64,000 nt of DNA from a virus. How positions within the stretch are numbered: position 1 is the stretch's first letter; each line of letters starts with the position of its first letter. Positions 1 to 10,964 of the stretch are shown here, in pieces. The position numbers were made by a program, and so were the translations under genes. The notes beneath the pieces are model-generated. The model was not told where the DNA came from, did no database searches, and saw only the letters and a list, made by a program, of their open reading frames with translations. The DNA lies in the IMG/VR virus record IMGVR_UViG_3300038856_000064, positions 111,149 through 175,148 of that record. One strand, 5' to 3'.

Positions 1-3000
1 TCTACTGGTTCGTCAAGGAAGCGGTCAAACTTATCTAATGGAAGCTCTAGCCTAATGCTGCTAAATGCATCAGCAACTCGCTCCTGAGATTTAATAATGC
101 GATCTTGAGCTTTTGCGCTAGCTTCTGCCCCCACATCCTTTCTTATCAGTTCGCCAATACGCTTTAGAATTTCTGGAGTAGCCTGACCGATACCCTGCGT
201 ACCGACATTTTGTCTTTTAGTTGCAAAACTACTAGCCTGATCGACAAGAGACTGAAGTTCACCTCTTCCGGCGCTGCTAACAATATTTTCTCCTGAGCCA
301 CCCTGCAAGATAGTTTTACCAGTAAGAACATCAGCTAGTGTTTCCCTAACAATTTTTTGAGCTTCTTCGCCACCTTGCCCCAGGGCTATCGCAGAAACTG
401 CTTCCTTAAATTTACCAGCCTGCTCTTCTGCTGCACGCGCAATCTGACCACCAGCGGGAATCAATACATCTAATCCCTCGATAAATCCCTCTACGTCCCT
501 ACTAAGCGTTTGCTCTGCCTTCTTAATGGCGTCAGCAGTCAATGGCTTGTTACGAACCCTGGATATCTCTTCATCAAAAATTTGACGAACCTGATCCGTA
601 GAAGTTCCGAATGACTCTGCTAGGGATAGGGTTTCTCTTTCCAACTCACGTAATGTAGTTTCGCCAATCTCATTAAGGATTGGTGAACTCTTTAGTAATA
701 GATCAGATGCTGATAAGTCTAGTTGCTCTCCAGTGCGTGCCTCAAGCGTCTTACTCAATGCTTGAAAAATTCTAGCATTTTGTTCTGCGGCAGATGCAGA
801 TCTATCAAAGCTAGCTCGCAAACCTTGCTGGGCACTTTGTCTTGAGCCCTGAATCTTTTCTTTTCTTGCCTGTGCCCCACCTGGATCAAATAAATCCTGA
901 AGACGTCCCTCTTCTAGCTTAAGTTCAAAATTCTTGAAAGACTTGAGGTTACGCAATGACTCATCTAATTTTTGAGCTACCGCACTCGTAATCTCTCCAT
1001 TCTCTGTTTGAACAATGCCAAGCTCTATATAACGACGACGTAATTCGTCAGTTTGATTACCTGCATCACTGAATGTCCTAACTAGTCCAGGGATAGCCCC
1101 GGCTAGGGCACCAACCCCAGCACCTATTGCTGTACCTACGCCAGGTATGAATGATCCAAGCAATGCTCCTGTGCCGGCGCCACCCAATGCTCCACCACCT
1201 ATATCAGCAGCAGCACCTAATCCTGTACTTCCCCCTTTATTAAGACCATTACTAAGGCTTTGTAACGCTCCACCAGCAACAGAGGCAGCTAGCCCAACAA
1301 ATGTAATATGTCGAGATGCAAATTGTAATGCCTTACTGGCACCATTAGTAACAGAGCCAAAACGCCCCACAGCCTTGGTCGGTTCCTGAATGGCTCTACC
1401 AGTTGCTATAATATCTATCCCCTGGCTAGTCATATTGCCACGAGCGCGATTTGCTACACCTTCCTGGCCTGCTGCCGAGCCTAAATATGCCGCGGCTCGA
1501 GCCTTCGCCATGCGCTCAGCCTGCTTTGCAGCAAAGAGCGCAGATGCTGACAACCCCTTCATTTGGTTATTAGCTTCGGCAGTTAGCATTGCAGTTCTCT
1601 GCATGGCCGTATTCATTCTACCCTCGACAGTCTGAGCTACCATCTTACCTTGAGCGTCAATCTTCCCCATCCCTACGGCAGCCTTATCCTGGCTATGAAT
1701 AAAGAAACTAATCGCCCTCTTGATACCTATAAACATAGGAATCAAAACTTTTGCAGCAAGACCAACAGCTAGGAATCCAGTGAATGTAGATGCTGCTCCC
1801 CCCAACGCTCTATCGAGTTGGGCAATAGATGTTGCAACCGCCTCGACCCCTTTTAGAGCACCAATAAACATTTCACCTAGGACACCTTCTGAAGTAGTCC
1901 TAACTAGTTGCTGGAATGCGATCTGCAATCTAGCAATAACATTAGCCAACTTAGACTGTTCTGCACGCTGCTTACGGGTTGCGTCACCCGTTGCTTCGAT
2001 TAACTGGTTCGTAACATCTTGGGTCCTTCCGAAGTCTTGTAGGGCGGCACGGAAAATTTCAACCTGACGAATACCAGCAGCCTTGACCGCAACATCAGCC
2101 TGCTCAGACTCTGTGAGTGTCTGAAACGCTACAGCAGTATCCTGTAATACATCAAATAGGTTACGCAAATTACCCTGCGTATCGATAGTCTGGACACCGA
2201 TCGCATTTAGGGCTTTAGTTGCATCAGAAGTCGAACTAGAAATTCTAGATGCTAGGGTCTTTAATGCAGTACCAACAACATCACCACCACGCTGAGTTCT
2301 TTCTTGCAAAACGGAGATTACGGCAGTCGCTTGCTCGATGGTAGCTCCAGTCGCAAAGATAGAAGCTGCTGAGCGCTTAAAAGCCTGTTGAACATCGGTA
2401 GCCTTAGATGCAGTAATATCCTCTGCTTTACCTAATACGTCGAAAAGCTTAGTCGTCGTGACAAGTTCTTTACTTAAACCACGAACATTAGCTTCTACTT
2501 GCTGAATAATCTGAACAAATAACTGGCTTGATTGAGCAGCATCTAGCGTCGTTCCCTGTAGGCCAGTTAACGCTCTATCGGTAAGTTCGACTACAGTTCC
2601 ATAGCCGCGACCAGCCAAACCTGCGCGAGCAAACTCTTGAGCAATATTAATTGTTTGATCTACTGCAACTCCAGTCTTTGATGATAATCCGAATAGATCG
2701 TTTCCGACCATTTGTAGCGTCTTATCACTTGTTTGGAGGATCTTGTTTAATTCAATTAGAGAATCATTAAAGTCAATAACAAATTTGACAGCAGCTTGTA
2801 CTGCATTCACGACAGTATTAATAGCAATTGCTACACCACGGAAGGCTGCGGCCTTTCGCCCTACCTCAAATGTTAGATCCTCTAGGTCCTTCATTTTTAG
2901 GTTGGCCTTCTCCGTACTGCTAGTTACCTCTTTTATGCCACGAGATAATCGATCAACACCGCCACCACCCGCATCAAATCCGCCAAATCCAGCACCACTA

Positions 3001-3551
3001 CGCGCAGTTGGAGGAACTCGTCCACCACCACCGGCACCAATGTCTGCAACATTAACAGTACGTGAGCCGGCTGGAAATGGAAGATTGCCCTTTGCCTTAC
3101 CAACAGAACCGCTTTGACCTAAGCTCCCCATCGTTTTTACAAGAGAACGCAAACCACTATTGACCTGCTTCGTCAACTCGTGCATCCTCTGTAGTGAACC
3201 CGCAGACTTGCTAGCCGCTTGACGCTGCGCCTTAAACGGGTCTGTCTTTGTACCACCAGCTACATTTGTCTGAATATCTAGTTTGGTTTTCTGAACAGCA
3301 TTTTGCACAGCTCTACGGATCTTAGACTCTACACCCCTGAGGCTATTCTGATTTACCTCTAGCTTAAGCTTATTGAGCTTAATGTTATTAAGCTTGGTCT
3401 TAACTTTCTTCGCAGCTTCGCCAGCATCAGACACTAATTTCTTTAATGCCGATGTATCTACTTTAAATTTTAAAGTCCCAGCATCAAGATTTCCCTTAAC
3501 CTCGACACCAGTAATCTTTAATTTTGATTCAATATCAAACTGGTCAGCCAA
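1..3551 (-). CDS. Tail tape measure protein (runs off the window start)
   Basis: Not in the ORF track. TTG start at 3551 with GGAG RBS (MADQFDIESK...). Ala/Gln-rich helical sequence with TP901-type core motifs AVISVLQERTQRGGDVVGTALKTLASRISS and AGIRQVEIFRAALQDF. Lies downstream of the tail tube and chaperone genes. Confidence 0.88.
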   Translation of the reverse strand, partial: MADQFDIESKLKITGVEVKGNLDAGTLKFKVDTSALKKLVSDAGEAAKKVKTKLNNIKLNKLKLEVNQNSLRGVESKIRRAVQNAVQKTKLDIQTNVAGGTKTDPFKAQRQAASKSAGSLQRMHELTKQVNSGLRSLVKTMGSLGQSGSVGKAKGNLPFPAGSRTVNVADIGAGGGGRVPPTARSGAGFGGFDAGGGGVDRLSRGIKEVTSSTEKANLKMKDLEDLTFEVGRKAAAFRGVAIAINTVVNAVQAAVKFVIDFNDSLIELNKILQTSDKTLQMVGNDLFGLSSKTGVAVDQTINIAQEFARAGLAGRGYGTVVELTDRALTGLQGTTLDAAQSSQLFVQIIQQVEANVRGLSKELVTTTKLFDVLGKAEDITASKATDVQQAFKRSAASIFATGATIEQATAVISVLQERTQRGGDVVGTALKTLASRISSSTSDATKALNAIGVQTIDTQGNLRNLFDVLQDTAVAFQTLTESEQADVAVKAAGIRQVEIFRAALQDFGRTQDVTNQLIEATGDATRKQRAEQSKLANVIARLQIAFQQLVRTTSEGVLGEMFIGALKGVEAVATSIAQLDRALGGAASTFTGFLAVGLAAKVLIPMFIGIKRAISFFIHSQDKAAVGMGKIDAQGKMVAQTVEGRMNTAMQRTAMLTAEANNQMKGLSASALFAAKQAERMAKARAAAYLGSAAGQEGVANRARGNMTSQGIDIIATGRAIQEPTKAVGRFGSVTNGASKALQFASRHITFVGLAASVAGGALQSLSNGLNKGGSTGLGAAADIGGGALGGAGTGALLGSFIPGVGTAIGAGVGALAGAIPGLVRTFSDAGNQTDELRRRYIELGIVQTENGEITSAVAQKLDESLRNLKSFKNFELKLEEGRLQDLFDPGGAQARKEKIQGSRQSAQQGLRASFDRSASAAEQNARIFQALSKTLEARTGEQLDLSASDLLLKSSPILNEIGETTLRELERETLSLAESFGTSTDQVRQIFDEEISRVRNKPLTADAIKKAEQTLSRDVEGFIEGLDVLIPAGGQIARAAEEQAGKFKEAVSAIALGQGGEEAQKIVRETLADVLTGKTILQGGSGENIVSSAGRGELQSLVDQASSFATKRQNVGTQGIGQATPEILKRIGELIRKDVGAEASAKAQDRIIKSQERVADAFSSIRLELPLDKFDRFLDEPV

Positions 3552-3571
3552 CTGCTACTCCAATAAATTAA

Positions 3572-4285
3572 TTAATTAGCAAGCTTCTTACGGGTTGTTT
3601 TCTTTCTAGTTGTCTTTTTTTTCGCTGTTCTCTTCTTAGTAACTCTGGGTTTAGTTTTAGCCTTAGGCTTCTCTGCATCTGCTAAGATCTGCTTCTCTAC
3701 GCCACGAACATATCCAACTTCCGGAAGGCTGGTAAGCGATTCCTGAAAAGTTGCACTTGATAATTCAAAGAGCTTTTCCCTAGCAGCTAGCACAACAGGC
3801 TCTTCTGCACGATCAATAAAGTCATGATAGTCCTTGAACACCTTTTTATTAGTGTCAGCATAAACTGTAGCATATGCTATATATGCATCACGACGAATAC
3901 TGTCAGCTAGCATCTCGCAAGAATTAGATAATACAGCCGCCTTTGCCTCGATCAACTTAAGACAATCGCTACGTAGAACACCCATCTCTTGTGCGATAGC
4001 CAACCCCTCTTCGTGGGTATTCGACTTCTCTAGTTTGATTTGTAGATCTACAATTTGGCGCTGAACTACACCTAGAGTTTCTTCATCTTCCTTGGTCCAA
4101 ATGCCCAATTCCGACATCTCACGCTCTAACGTGGCCTTCGGAAGAATTCCTCGTTTCATTAATTGAATATAAGCAATATGATATTCTGTGTCGCATTTCC
4201 GCTCTATCTCTACATTTTCAACCAATAATTTAAACTTAGCTGTCTTGCCATCAACTATTGACTCAAATTCCATTCCATCACTCAT
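3572..4285 (-). CDS. Putative tail assembly chaperone with Lys/Arg/Thr-rich C-terminal tail
   Basis: Immediately upstream of the tape measure gene; similar to the N-terminal half of 4823..6128. Confidence 0.5.
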   Translation of the reverse strand: MSDGMEFESIVDGKTAKFKLLVENVEIERKCDTEYHIAYIQLMKRGILPKATLEREMSELGIWTKEDEETLGVVQRQIVDLQIKLEKSNTHEEGLAIAQEMGVLRSDCLKLIEAKAAVLSNSCEMLADSIRRDAYIAYATVYADTNKKVFKDYHDFIDRAEEPVVLAAREKLFELSSATFQESLTSLPEVGYVRGVEKQILADAEKPKAKTKPRVTKKRTAKKKTTRKKTTRKKLAN

Positions 4286-4814
4286 TTCCTAACCCCTCAA
4301 GATATATTTCGCATACAACATCCCGCCATTCACGATAGTCTCCATGGGCAATTTTAACACCAGCAATCTGGGCTAGGTCCAAAAATGGCAGCAAGGAATC
4401 AACAATATCGTCTAAACCGGCACAGGTATATACTTTCTTATACACTATTCCAGCACCAACACTGTTACGGATTTTATTCAGAAGATTAAAATCACCAAAT
4501 ATGCGGAATACTGGTATCACATCATCCTCCTCGATAACATCCACCTCAGCATCTCCTAATGCCTTGATAATATCTCGGCTAAATGATACTTTTCCAGGAG
4601 GAGAATCAGCAACTAGCTGAGTTAATGAGCGAGTAGTATCCCCGGCGGCGTTAAGAATCTCGCTACGGGCAATTTTTAGATCCGCGCCCGTCAAAACGAC
4701 CTCCTCCTCGTCTTTTAGATCTCCCAAGTCGCACTGAATCGTATGCTCAATACACGCCAAGATACGAACAGCCATTCCACGCAATCTTTTTTGGATTACC
4801 TTATCAAACTCCAT
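4278..4814 (-). CDS. Hypothetical tail-region protein
   Basis: 178-aa ORF with GGAG RBS, coupled to its neighbours. Confidence 0.6.
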   Translation of the reverse strand: MEFDKVIQKRLRGMAVRILACIEHTIQCDLGDLKDEEEVVLTGADLKIARSEILNAAGDTTRSLTQLVADSPPGKVSFSRDIIKALGDAEVDVIEEDDVIPVFRIFGDFNLLNKIRNSVGAGIVYKKVYTCAGLDDIVDSLLPFLDLAQIAGVKIAHGDYREWRDVVCEIYLEGLGNE

Positions 4815-4822
4815 TTTATCTC

Positions 4823-6128
4823 CTAACTGGGTCTAGCCCTACCTTTTTTATCTTTCGTAAATTCACCTGGTCCGTAATACTTCGTATCTAGACCTAGCGC
4901 ACTACGGGCCTTATCACCACGCAAGCGCTGCTCCTCCATACCATCTACCCCAACACTCGCAAGATGTTTCTGTTCACTTGCAAGCAATTTGCGTACTCTA
5001 TCTGGATTAGTGGATTGTATTTCCTCTACCTTCTCACTCTTTGTTTTTTCATCATAATAGAGGAATACTCCATAAGAACAACTAGGTGGATGAATATGTC
5101 CACGTTTATCATGACCGCGAGACTCTGCCTCTTCTAGGATGCCGCATGTGCATTCCTGACAATATTCGCCCATAACATTAAAGCCCACCTCGTTGGCGCC
5201 AGATTTTTTATCAAGCCTATTGAGCTTCTTATCAAACTCTGACTTCTTTCTCTCTTGCTCGCGCTTCTTATGCTGTTCCTCTAGCCAACGGTCGAACAAC
5301 TTGTCATCTTCGATAACGTCATCAGATGGTGCCTCCATAGACTCAAAAGCGGAGTCATACACTTGGGACCAATATACTAATCTGAACTGATCCAATGTTA
5401 AGTCAAACATCTCTCGATCAAATAATGTCCTGACGCCGCGATTCTTTTTGGATGCCATCCACTTACATCGCCAAAATCCAGAACGCGCGATACGGCGAAT
5501 TGATGCCTCATCTGCAATAGATTCATTATAGTAAGTGCGCAGTAATCTGACCACTAACCCCGTATCTTGCTCTCTATTCAGATCATCTAGAGTATTCCAT
5601 ACCTGATTCATTTCTGGAAAAGATAACGTCGCACATTTTAGAAAGTAATTGCCACGTTCGCATTCAGCGGCATATTCTACGCTCGGCAATTCTATATGCT
5701 CAGTATATATCTTTTCTAGTAGTCCGATAGACTCAGAAATATGGAATGCTTTTGTGTTTAGTTTCTTAAACCTTGAGGTGGGCCTTAGTCGCTTTTTCCT
5801 ACCCTTACTATCAAGCATTTTCGTTTTTTCTTCTAACGACCGCTCCTCAGTAATAACAATAAGCTCTTTACGTAATGACTCTAGGTCGCTATCATAATGA
5901 ACTCGCCACATGCCTGCATGAATAGCATGCTTTTTAAGTTCATCACGGGTCATAAGGGTTGAGGTATCCATAAAGTGCTTATGGATATAATTACCAATAT
6001 TCTTTTCTTCTAATGTAAGTGGACGAAAAACAAATGTTTTCATCTCTCCATTATTATCCTTAACCTCTATTATTCTGCGACCCCAGGTCACTGCATCTAG
6101 AAGCTCCCCAATATCCTGCTCTTTCATA
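4823..6128 (-). CDS. Putative tail assembly chaperone (likely start MKEQDIG at 6128)
   Basis: Between tail tube and tape measure; GAGG RBS before ATG 6128; the longer track start overlaps a terminator. Confidence 0.5.
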
Positions 6129-6162
6129 ACAATCCTCTCTATCCAATCCAACCCCAAAGGGT

Positions 6163-6193
6163 AAAGGCCCACCCCTCCTACAGGGGTGAGCCC
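6163..6193 (-). terminator. Intrinsic terminator after tail tube gene
   Basis: GGGCTCACCCCT-loop-AGGGGTGGGCC followed by TTT on the minus strand. Confidence 0.7.
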
Positions 6194-6206
6194 AAACTAT
6201 CATTCA

Positions 6207-7586
6207 TTAGCTATCGTCAAAACTATTTGGGAATGGCGCGGCGCCGATATTGAATCGATCACTTCCATTCTCAAACACTAGCGTTCTGTGGTTCGGTTGG
6301 AACCTATCATGACTAATTGTTAGTGAGTTAAACGAACTAAAGTTGTAGGTGACTGTCATGTTGTCGCCACCAGCCTCACCACCACCAACATCGATAGTCG
6401 TTAGAACATTCGAGTCACCAACATCTACTTGGAGACCGTCACAGGTACGAACGATAATTGTGTTATTGGCAGTTTGGTTAGGACCACAATCAACTTCAGA
6501 TGTCGCATCGACTAGGTCACCCTGAGATGTGACAACTTCAATCGCAGTTGTAACTTCTACAGGAAAGGTTACATACTTGGTGAATGGACGCAGCGAGCCT
6601 AGCTCGAAAATGTCATCACGACCAATGTCTGCGGTTACTGTTACTGATTGTAGGTGCTCAACTACACCACTCGTATTTGAAGTTACGACTAGTTGGGTCA
6701 AGGCGTTGCCAGCAGAGTCTACTGCGCCAGAAACACCAACTGCGGCGTATCCCTTTTCGATTAGCTGCTCAACACTGACACCAGAACCGAGCGGCGAAGT
6801 GATACCAGGGATGTCAGACGGAAGAACCGAACGACGGATATCTACTTCCTCACGACGCTGGACACCAGAACCGACGATAAGCACGCCGAAGCCTGCTTCA
6901 CCACCAGCTAGTTCCTGAACGCCACCCAATGGCTCGTGACCGAATACACCAGACGGAACACCCTCAGGGGTCTCACTATCAGGTGGAGTCAATGCCGGTG
7001 GATAGGTATTAACGGCTTCACCAGGAACACTGGCGTCAAAGTTTGCCCACTTCTTATCGTTACCGACAAGAGTAATGGATTCGTTTACTGCACCATCGAC
7101 AGGGAAGGTGTAAGCAACGGTTGATAGATACATACCCGACAAAAGCACTGCCGAAAGTGGCGAAGCGGTATTTGCACGGAATTGTGTATCTGAATAAATG
7201 TTAAGAATAATATCACTGCGATGGAACGCAGTCTTTCCAACTAGATCCGTAAACGTGGGATCAGTCAGCATGAACCACAATGGCTTAGTACCGTCGATAA
7301 TCTTCTCGACAGTTACCTCAACATCCGGCTGACGCTCCGAGTACTCGTAAAGCTCAACCTGACCAAGCTGGAAAACCGTTTCACGGTTAAAGTTAGTCGA
7401 CATAGCGACTGACTGTACACCGCGTGGGACTTCCCAAAGGCCAGCTACTTCATCTACCGAAGCGGCAGAAAATAGACCGGATGCATATTCGCGCGCGTTA
7501 AGTGGTGCCACGCTGTTAGTTGGACCCGCAGCATTATCCTTGATCGCCACCTGCTCAAGGGCGTAAAAAGTTCTGCGATTTGGCAT
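6207..7586 (-). CDS. Major tail (tube) protein
   Basis: 459 aa, beta-rich and acidic, with an internal duplication (VQSV..R..VFQLG / LQSV..R..IFELG); strong AGGAGG RBS, own late promoter and terminator; synteny. Confidence 0.7.
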   Translation of the reverse strand: MPNRRTFYALEQVAIKDNAAGPTNSVAPLNAREYASGLFSAASVDEVAGLWEVPRGVQSVAMSTNFNRETVFQLGQVELYEYSERQPDVEVTVEKIIDGTKPLWFMLTDPTFTDLVGKTAFHRSDIILNIYSDTQFRANTASPLSAVLLSGMYLSTVAYTFPVDGAVNESITLVGNDKKWANFDASVPGEAVNTYPPALTPPDSETPEGVPSGVFGHEPLGGVQELAGGEAGFGVLIVGSGVQRREEVDIRRSVLPSDIPGITSPLGSGVSVEQLIEKGYAAVGVSGAVDSAGNALTQLVVTSNTSGVVEHLQSVTVTADIGRDDIFELGSLRPFTKYVTFPVEVTTAIEVVTSQGDLVDATSEVDCGPNQTANNTIIVRTCDGLQVDVGDSNVLTTIDVGGGEAGGDNMTVTYNFSSFNSLTISHDRFQPNHRTLVFENGSDRFNIGAAPFPNSFDDS

Positions 7587-7647
7587 TAGTTACCTCCTAA
7601 TTTGCGTGTCTGATCAGATGCATCTTGAGCACTTAAGCTCAGCTTAA

Positions 7648-7803
7648 TTATACACTAAACACCCTAAAGCAATGTCGCCTACTGATATTAAATTGCTTGG
7701 CAATAACGTCTACAGCCACCCCTTCTTGATTTAGTTGCTTAATTTGGATAATATCATCTAGAGATAATTTTCTTACACATTGCAATTTTGTAAATATACC
7801 CAA
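7648..7803 (-). CDS. Small HTH protein, probably a homing-endonuclease remnant
   Basis: TTG-started 51-aa frame ...KLSLDDIIQIKQLNQEGVAVDVIAKQFNISRRHCFRV; an overlapping frame begins MIGYIYKI (GIY-YIG-like start). Confidence 0.4.
   Translation of the reverse strand: MGIFTKLQCVRKLSLDDIIQIKQLNQEGVAVDVIAKQFNISRRHCFRVFSV
7649..7658 (-). promoter_or_regulatory. Putative late promoter TTAGTGTAT (tail tube)
   Basis: Same motif precedes genes starting at 12236, 17219, 20369 and 29459. Confidence 0.6.
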
Positions 7804-7806
7804 TCA

Positions 7807-8865
7807 TCATGACTCGTAATTCACTCCATCAACGCCCTCTAGACCTATATCAAGCCCAAATGGGGTAGTGGGCATAATGGCATGTATCTGAACAGATAAG
7901 CGCACCACAGCCCTCTCAAAGACGTCCTGCTGAGTCGTAGCATCTGAAAAAAAGGAATCTAAGTCTACTAGCTCAGTTTCCTGAATAAAACCTCTAAACG
8001 CCACTGGATTTATTCCAGAAAAGGCTGGACCTGGCAATGGCTGATTTAAAGCTAATGAGCTATAAGGAACATAATCTGGACTTAGCTCATTCTTCAAGCC
8101 AGACAATGGAAATGGCGCTATATTATAATTAATGACCGGAAAGCTTTTTCTAGCCTGTAGAGACACTAAATCTATTAGATTATCTCTTGTGCTTTCGTCT
8201 AATGCCCAGATCTCGCATTTTAATTCATCTGTTAAAACTAAAGACCTATCACCTAGTTGATAGTTAGAGTGTGTTCGCCTAACATTCTCAGTAAATATAA
8301 TGGGAAGTGGTATAACCCTAGTTGATCCAGATGGATAGATTAGTTGTCCGGCAGTAAATGGATTACTCTTATACTGAGCCTCAAGCGCACCCTCTCTCAA
8401 CTGATTGTTAAATTGACGCAGATTCAGAATCTGAACATTTTTATATGAAAACTCTCCATGAACGGTTGTATCCAGTGGTAATGGACTATCAAAAATAATA
8501 CGTCCATTTATATAGTCAATGCTATGTGGATAAACTGCATCGTTCTCTAAGCGAAAGGCGCCGTCAATATAAACACCGCTAGCACGAAACGCAGTTGGCC
8601 AATGCCTAAGAATAACGGAGGGATTGAGTGCTGGCGGATTCTGGTATATCCAGTTACGAAATAGAGATTGCCATACCTGACCAGGCTGATAACCACCTTC
8701 TGCTAATATCTCTTGCGCCGTATCCGGTACCAAAAGACTCATGTCGCTACCATCATAAAATTGCGTACCACTTGTAACTATATCATAACAACCATCACGA
8801 AGCAATTCGGCATCTAGAAACTCACGCCAACTGTGCTTGAGCAAAAATCTCGGTTTAAAAAACAT
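7807..8865 (-). CDS. Putative tail completion/terminator protein
   Basis: 352 aa directly upstream of the tail tube; C-terminal EIWA..ESTRDNLID pattern resembles tail-terminator folds. Confidence 0.45.
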   Translation of the reverse strand: MFFKPRFLLKHSWREFLDAELLRDGCYDIVTSGTQFYDGSDMSLLVPDTAQEILAEGGYQPGQVWQSLFRNWIYQNPPALNPSVILRHWPTAFRASGVYIDGAFRLENDAVYPHSIDYINGRIIFDSPLPLDTTVHGEFSYKNVQILNLRQFNNQLREGALEAQYKSNPFTAGQLIYPSGSTRVIPLPIIFTENVRRTHSNYQLGDRSLVLTDELKCEIWALDESTRDNLIDLVSLQARKSFPVINYNIAPFPLSGLKNELSPDYVPYSSLALNQPLPGPAFSGINPVAFRGFIQETELVDLDSFFSDATTQQDVFERAVVRLSVQIHAIMPTTPFGLDIGLEGVDGVNYES

Positions 8866-8866
8866 A

Positions 8867-9862
8867 CTATCCCCTCAATAATGCCTTGATAGAAGTACTC
8901 ATAACTCGTCGCGTCCAAGTACCAAGATCAAGCTTTTGTTGTAGCCACCACCTATCCCAAAACCCATTAAACTTTGGACTTGGTGCATAGTCCGCAGTGA
9001 CGTTTCCAAATGTTTCTGACGGAGACTTGCCGCTCTTACCTGCGCGGTTACTCATCATAATCGCAGCAAATTCGCCTGCATTACTCCTAGTACGTGAAAT
9101 ACGGATTAATCCTTCAGTAATACTAACCCTACGCAAATTAAGGCCAGTGGACGATTTATTACTAGGGCTACGCTTCAAGGATTGGCGAAGATCTCGCACT
9201 CTTACTAACGCGAACCCAGGAGTACCGCCACTAGCAAAATGAGGACCAGTAACTAGACTTAGCCATGAATAGAACGGTCCCCTTGCTCCACTTTCAAATC
9301 TAGATGGATGAGGAGTTAACTTAAGCAACCTAGTCTGATCAAAATTGAATCTTATCTGTGGACCATCCTTACGAATGATAACATCTACAGTAATTGATTG
9401 TAGTAGGGCTGCCTTAAGATTACGAATCGACTCACTAGGATCAGGCAAACCAATCTCTCCAGCGCCAGCCTTGCTCTTAATAAATTTTGCGAACCCCTCT
9501 TGATCCAGTGGAGTTCCCGGCTTAGCTTGTCCTAAACTACGACCAAGGACTCTAACGCTTGGATTTCCGGCACCCACCAAGCCCGCTATCACAGATTCCA
9601 TAGCTATCTTTAGGTGACGCTCCAGCTCGGCTGCTCGTTCTGAAAATATCTTACGAAGAACAAGTCGTCGTGCCTGACTTTTGATACTACCCTTATCGTT
9701 CGCATCTACCTTAAATGTGAACTGTGCGGATTTGCGCTTGCCTTTAATAGTTGGCGCTACACCAGGCGCACCCTGAAACGCAGCAGCAGTGACGCGCCTA
9801 AGTGACCGTCCCACGCTCTGCATCTCATCATGGAGGGAGATTTCAACCTTATTCTTAGCCAT
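8867..9862 (-). CDS. Putative neck/tail completion protein
   Basis: Basic 331-aa ORF in the head-tail joining block; synteny only. Confidence 0.4.
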   Translation of the reverse strand: MAKNKVEISLHDEMQSVGRSLRRVTAAAFQGAPGVAPTIKGKRKSAQFTFKVDANDKGSIKSQARRLVLRKIFSERAAELERHLKIAMESVIAGLVGAGNPSVRVLGRSLGQAKPGTPLDQEGFAKFIKSKAGAGEIGLPDPSESIRNLKAALLQSITVDVIIRKDGPQIRFNFDQTRLLKLTPHPSRFESGARGPFYSWLSLVTGPHFASGGTPGFALVRVRDLRQSLKRSPSNKSSTGLNLRRVSITEGLIRISRTRSNAGEFAAIMMSNRAGKSGKSPSETFGNVTADYAPSPKFNGFWDRWWLQQKLDLGTWTRRVMSTSIKALLRG

Positions 9863-10394
9863 TTTGAACTTCGTTAATTGCCTTCCATTTGCAAATTATA
9901 TATCTCACGTCGCGGAAACCAATTGGTCGGATTGACTCAAGTACATAGCGTGAACCATCAATAGTCGCAGATTGACATTCTTCTACGTGCGGACGAGCTT
10001 CTAGAACTAATGTTGTGGCGACCTCATCCTTGAGTAATTCGATACCGCCCTTGTCGTCGGAATCCCTCGGGCCATGCTTAATCTGTGCTACGTATGTCGC
10101 GTCACGATGCACAAGCTTTACTGCTGGCGTTCTAGTGGTAGAGATCTGATTCGGAGCCATACGCCCACCACGACGATCAAATGGATTGTAACGAAGCGCC
10201 GGCGTACTTGCTTGTAACCCTGATGAGTCAATCGTCTTTTCTGGAGTTAGGTGTAAAACGATATTTCGCCCTAGTGCGAAGAAAGCGCTATCAAAAATAC
10301 CGTGATAGCAATCCTCAAACTCGTTTTGAATTTCAGAAAACGAACCATCATCAGAAGGTGTACCAAGTGGATTAATATCTCTCTTTTCTACCAT
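9855..10394 (-). CDS. Putative head closure protein
   Basis: C-terminal ATIDGSRYVLESIRPIG..YIICKW beta pattern; synteny. Confidence 0.45.
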   Translation of the reverse strand: MVEKRDINPLGTPSDDGSFSEIQNEFEDCYHGIFDSAFFALGRNIVLHLTPEKTIDSSGLQASTPALRYNPFDRRGGRMAPNQISTTRTPAVKLVHRDATYVAQIKHGPRDSDDKGGIELLKDEVATTLVLEARPHVEECQSATIDGSRYVLESIRPIGFRDVRYIICKWKAINEVQNG

Positions 10395-10404
10395 CGTGGC
10401 CCCC

Positions 10405-10956
10405 TTATCTAATATTAAGTCTAATTCTACACCAACCCGCCGTCGGAATTATAACTGGTTCTGGATTGACGATATATTCTACACCGCCTACCCTCATAGA
10501 TGATGTCGCCCCTTGTGCCCCAGGAACCTTAATAGTCGGATCATTTAGAGAACTGTCAAATGTCCCTATTCTCTTGCTACTCCATGTCGTATTTGCTGTG
10601 ATTAAGCCGGAGGGGGCAAGATATGCTGGCGCGCCGGGGCGGATTGCGTTTGGATCAACATGAGGATGTATCGCGTTTGTAACAACCACACCTAGAATGA
10701 TGTATGGGTAGGATGTAAATGGTGGATAGGCCCTATGCGTATTCCATGGGACTACTGCGCGAGATAAATCGACCTCTTCTTGATCGTGTTGCTGCATACC
10801 AAGAGGAACGGTATTACTATCTGGATTAGGCTCATAGACCGCATATTGGATGCCGCTAAGGGTAGCTAATGACAGGATACCCCCACGCTCGACCTGGAAC
10901 GGGTTTGTGAACTGAACTCTTGTATCAAAGATTTGTTGTTCTGGTCCGATTGCCAT
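10405..10956 (-). CDS. Capsid decoration-like protein, paralog of 14980..15462
   Basis: Shared motifs PAYLAPxG, R(I/V)GxF.S and C-terminal Gx..(I/V)R(L/I). Confidence 0.55.
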   Translation of the reverse strand: MAIGPEQQIFDTRVQFTNPFQVERGGILSLATLSGIQYAVYEPNPDSNTVPLGMQQHDQEEVDLSRAVVPWNTHRAYPPFTSYPYIILGVVVTNAIHPHVDPNAIRPGAPAYLAPSGLITANTTWSSKRIGTFDSSLNDPTIKVPGAQGATSSMRVGGVEYIVNPEPVIIPTAGWCRIRLNIR

Positions 10957-10964
10957 TGACTAAC

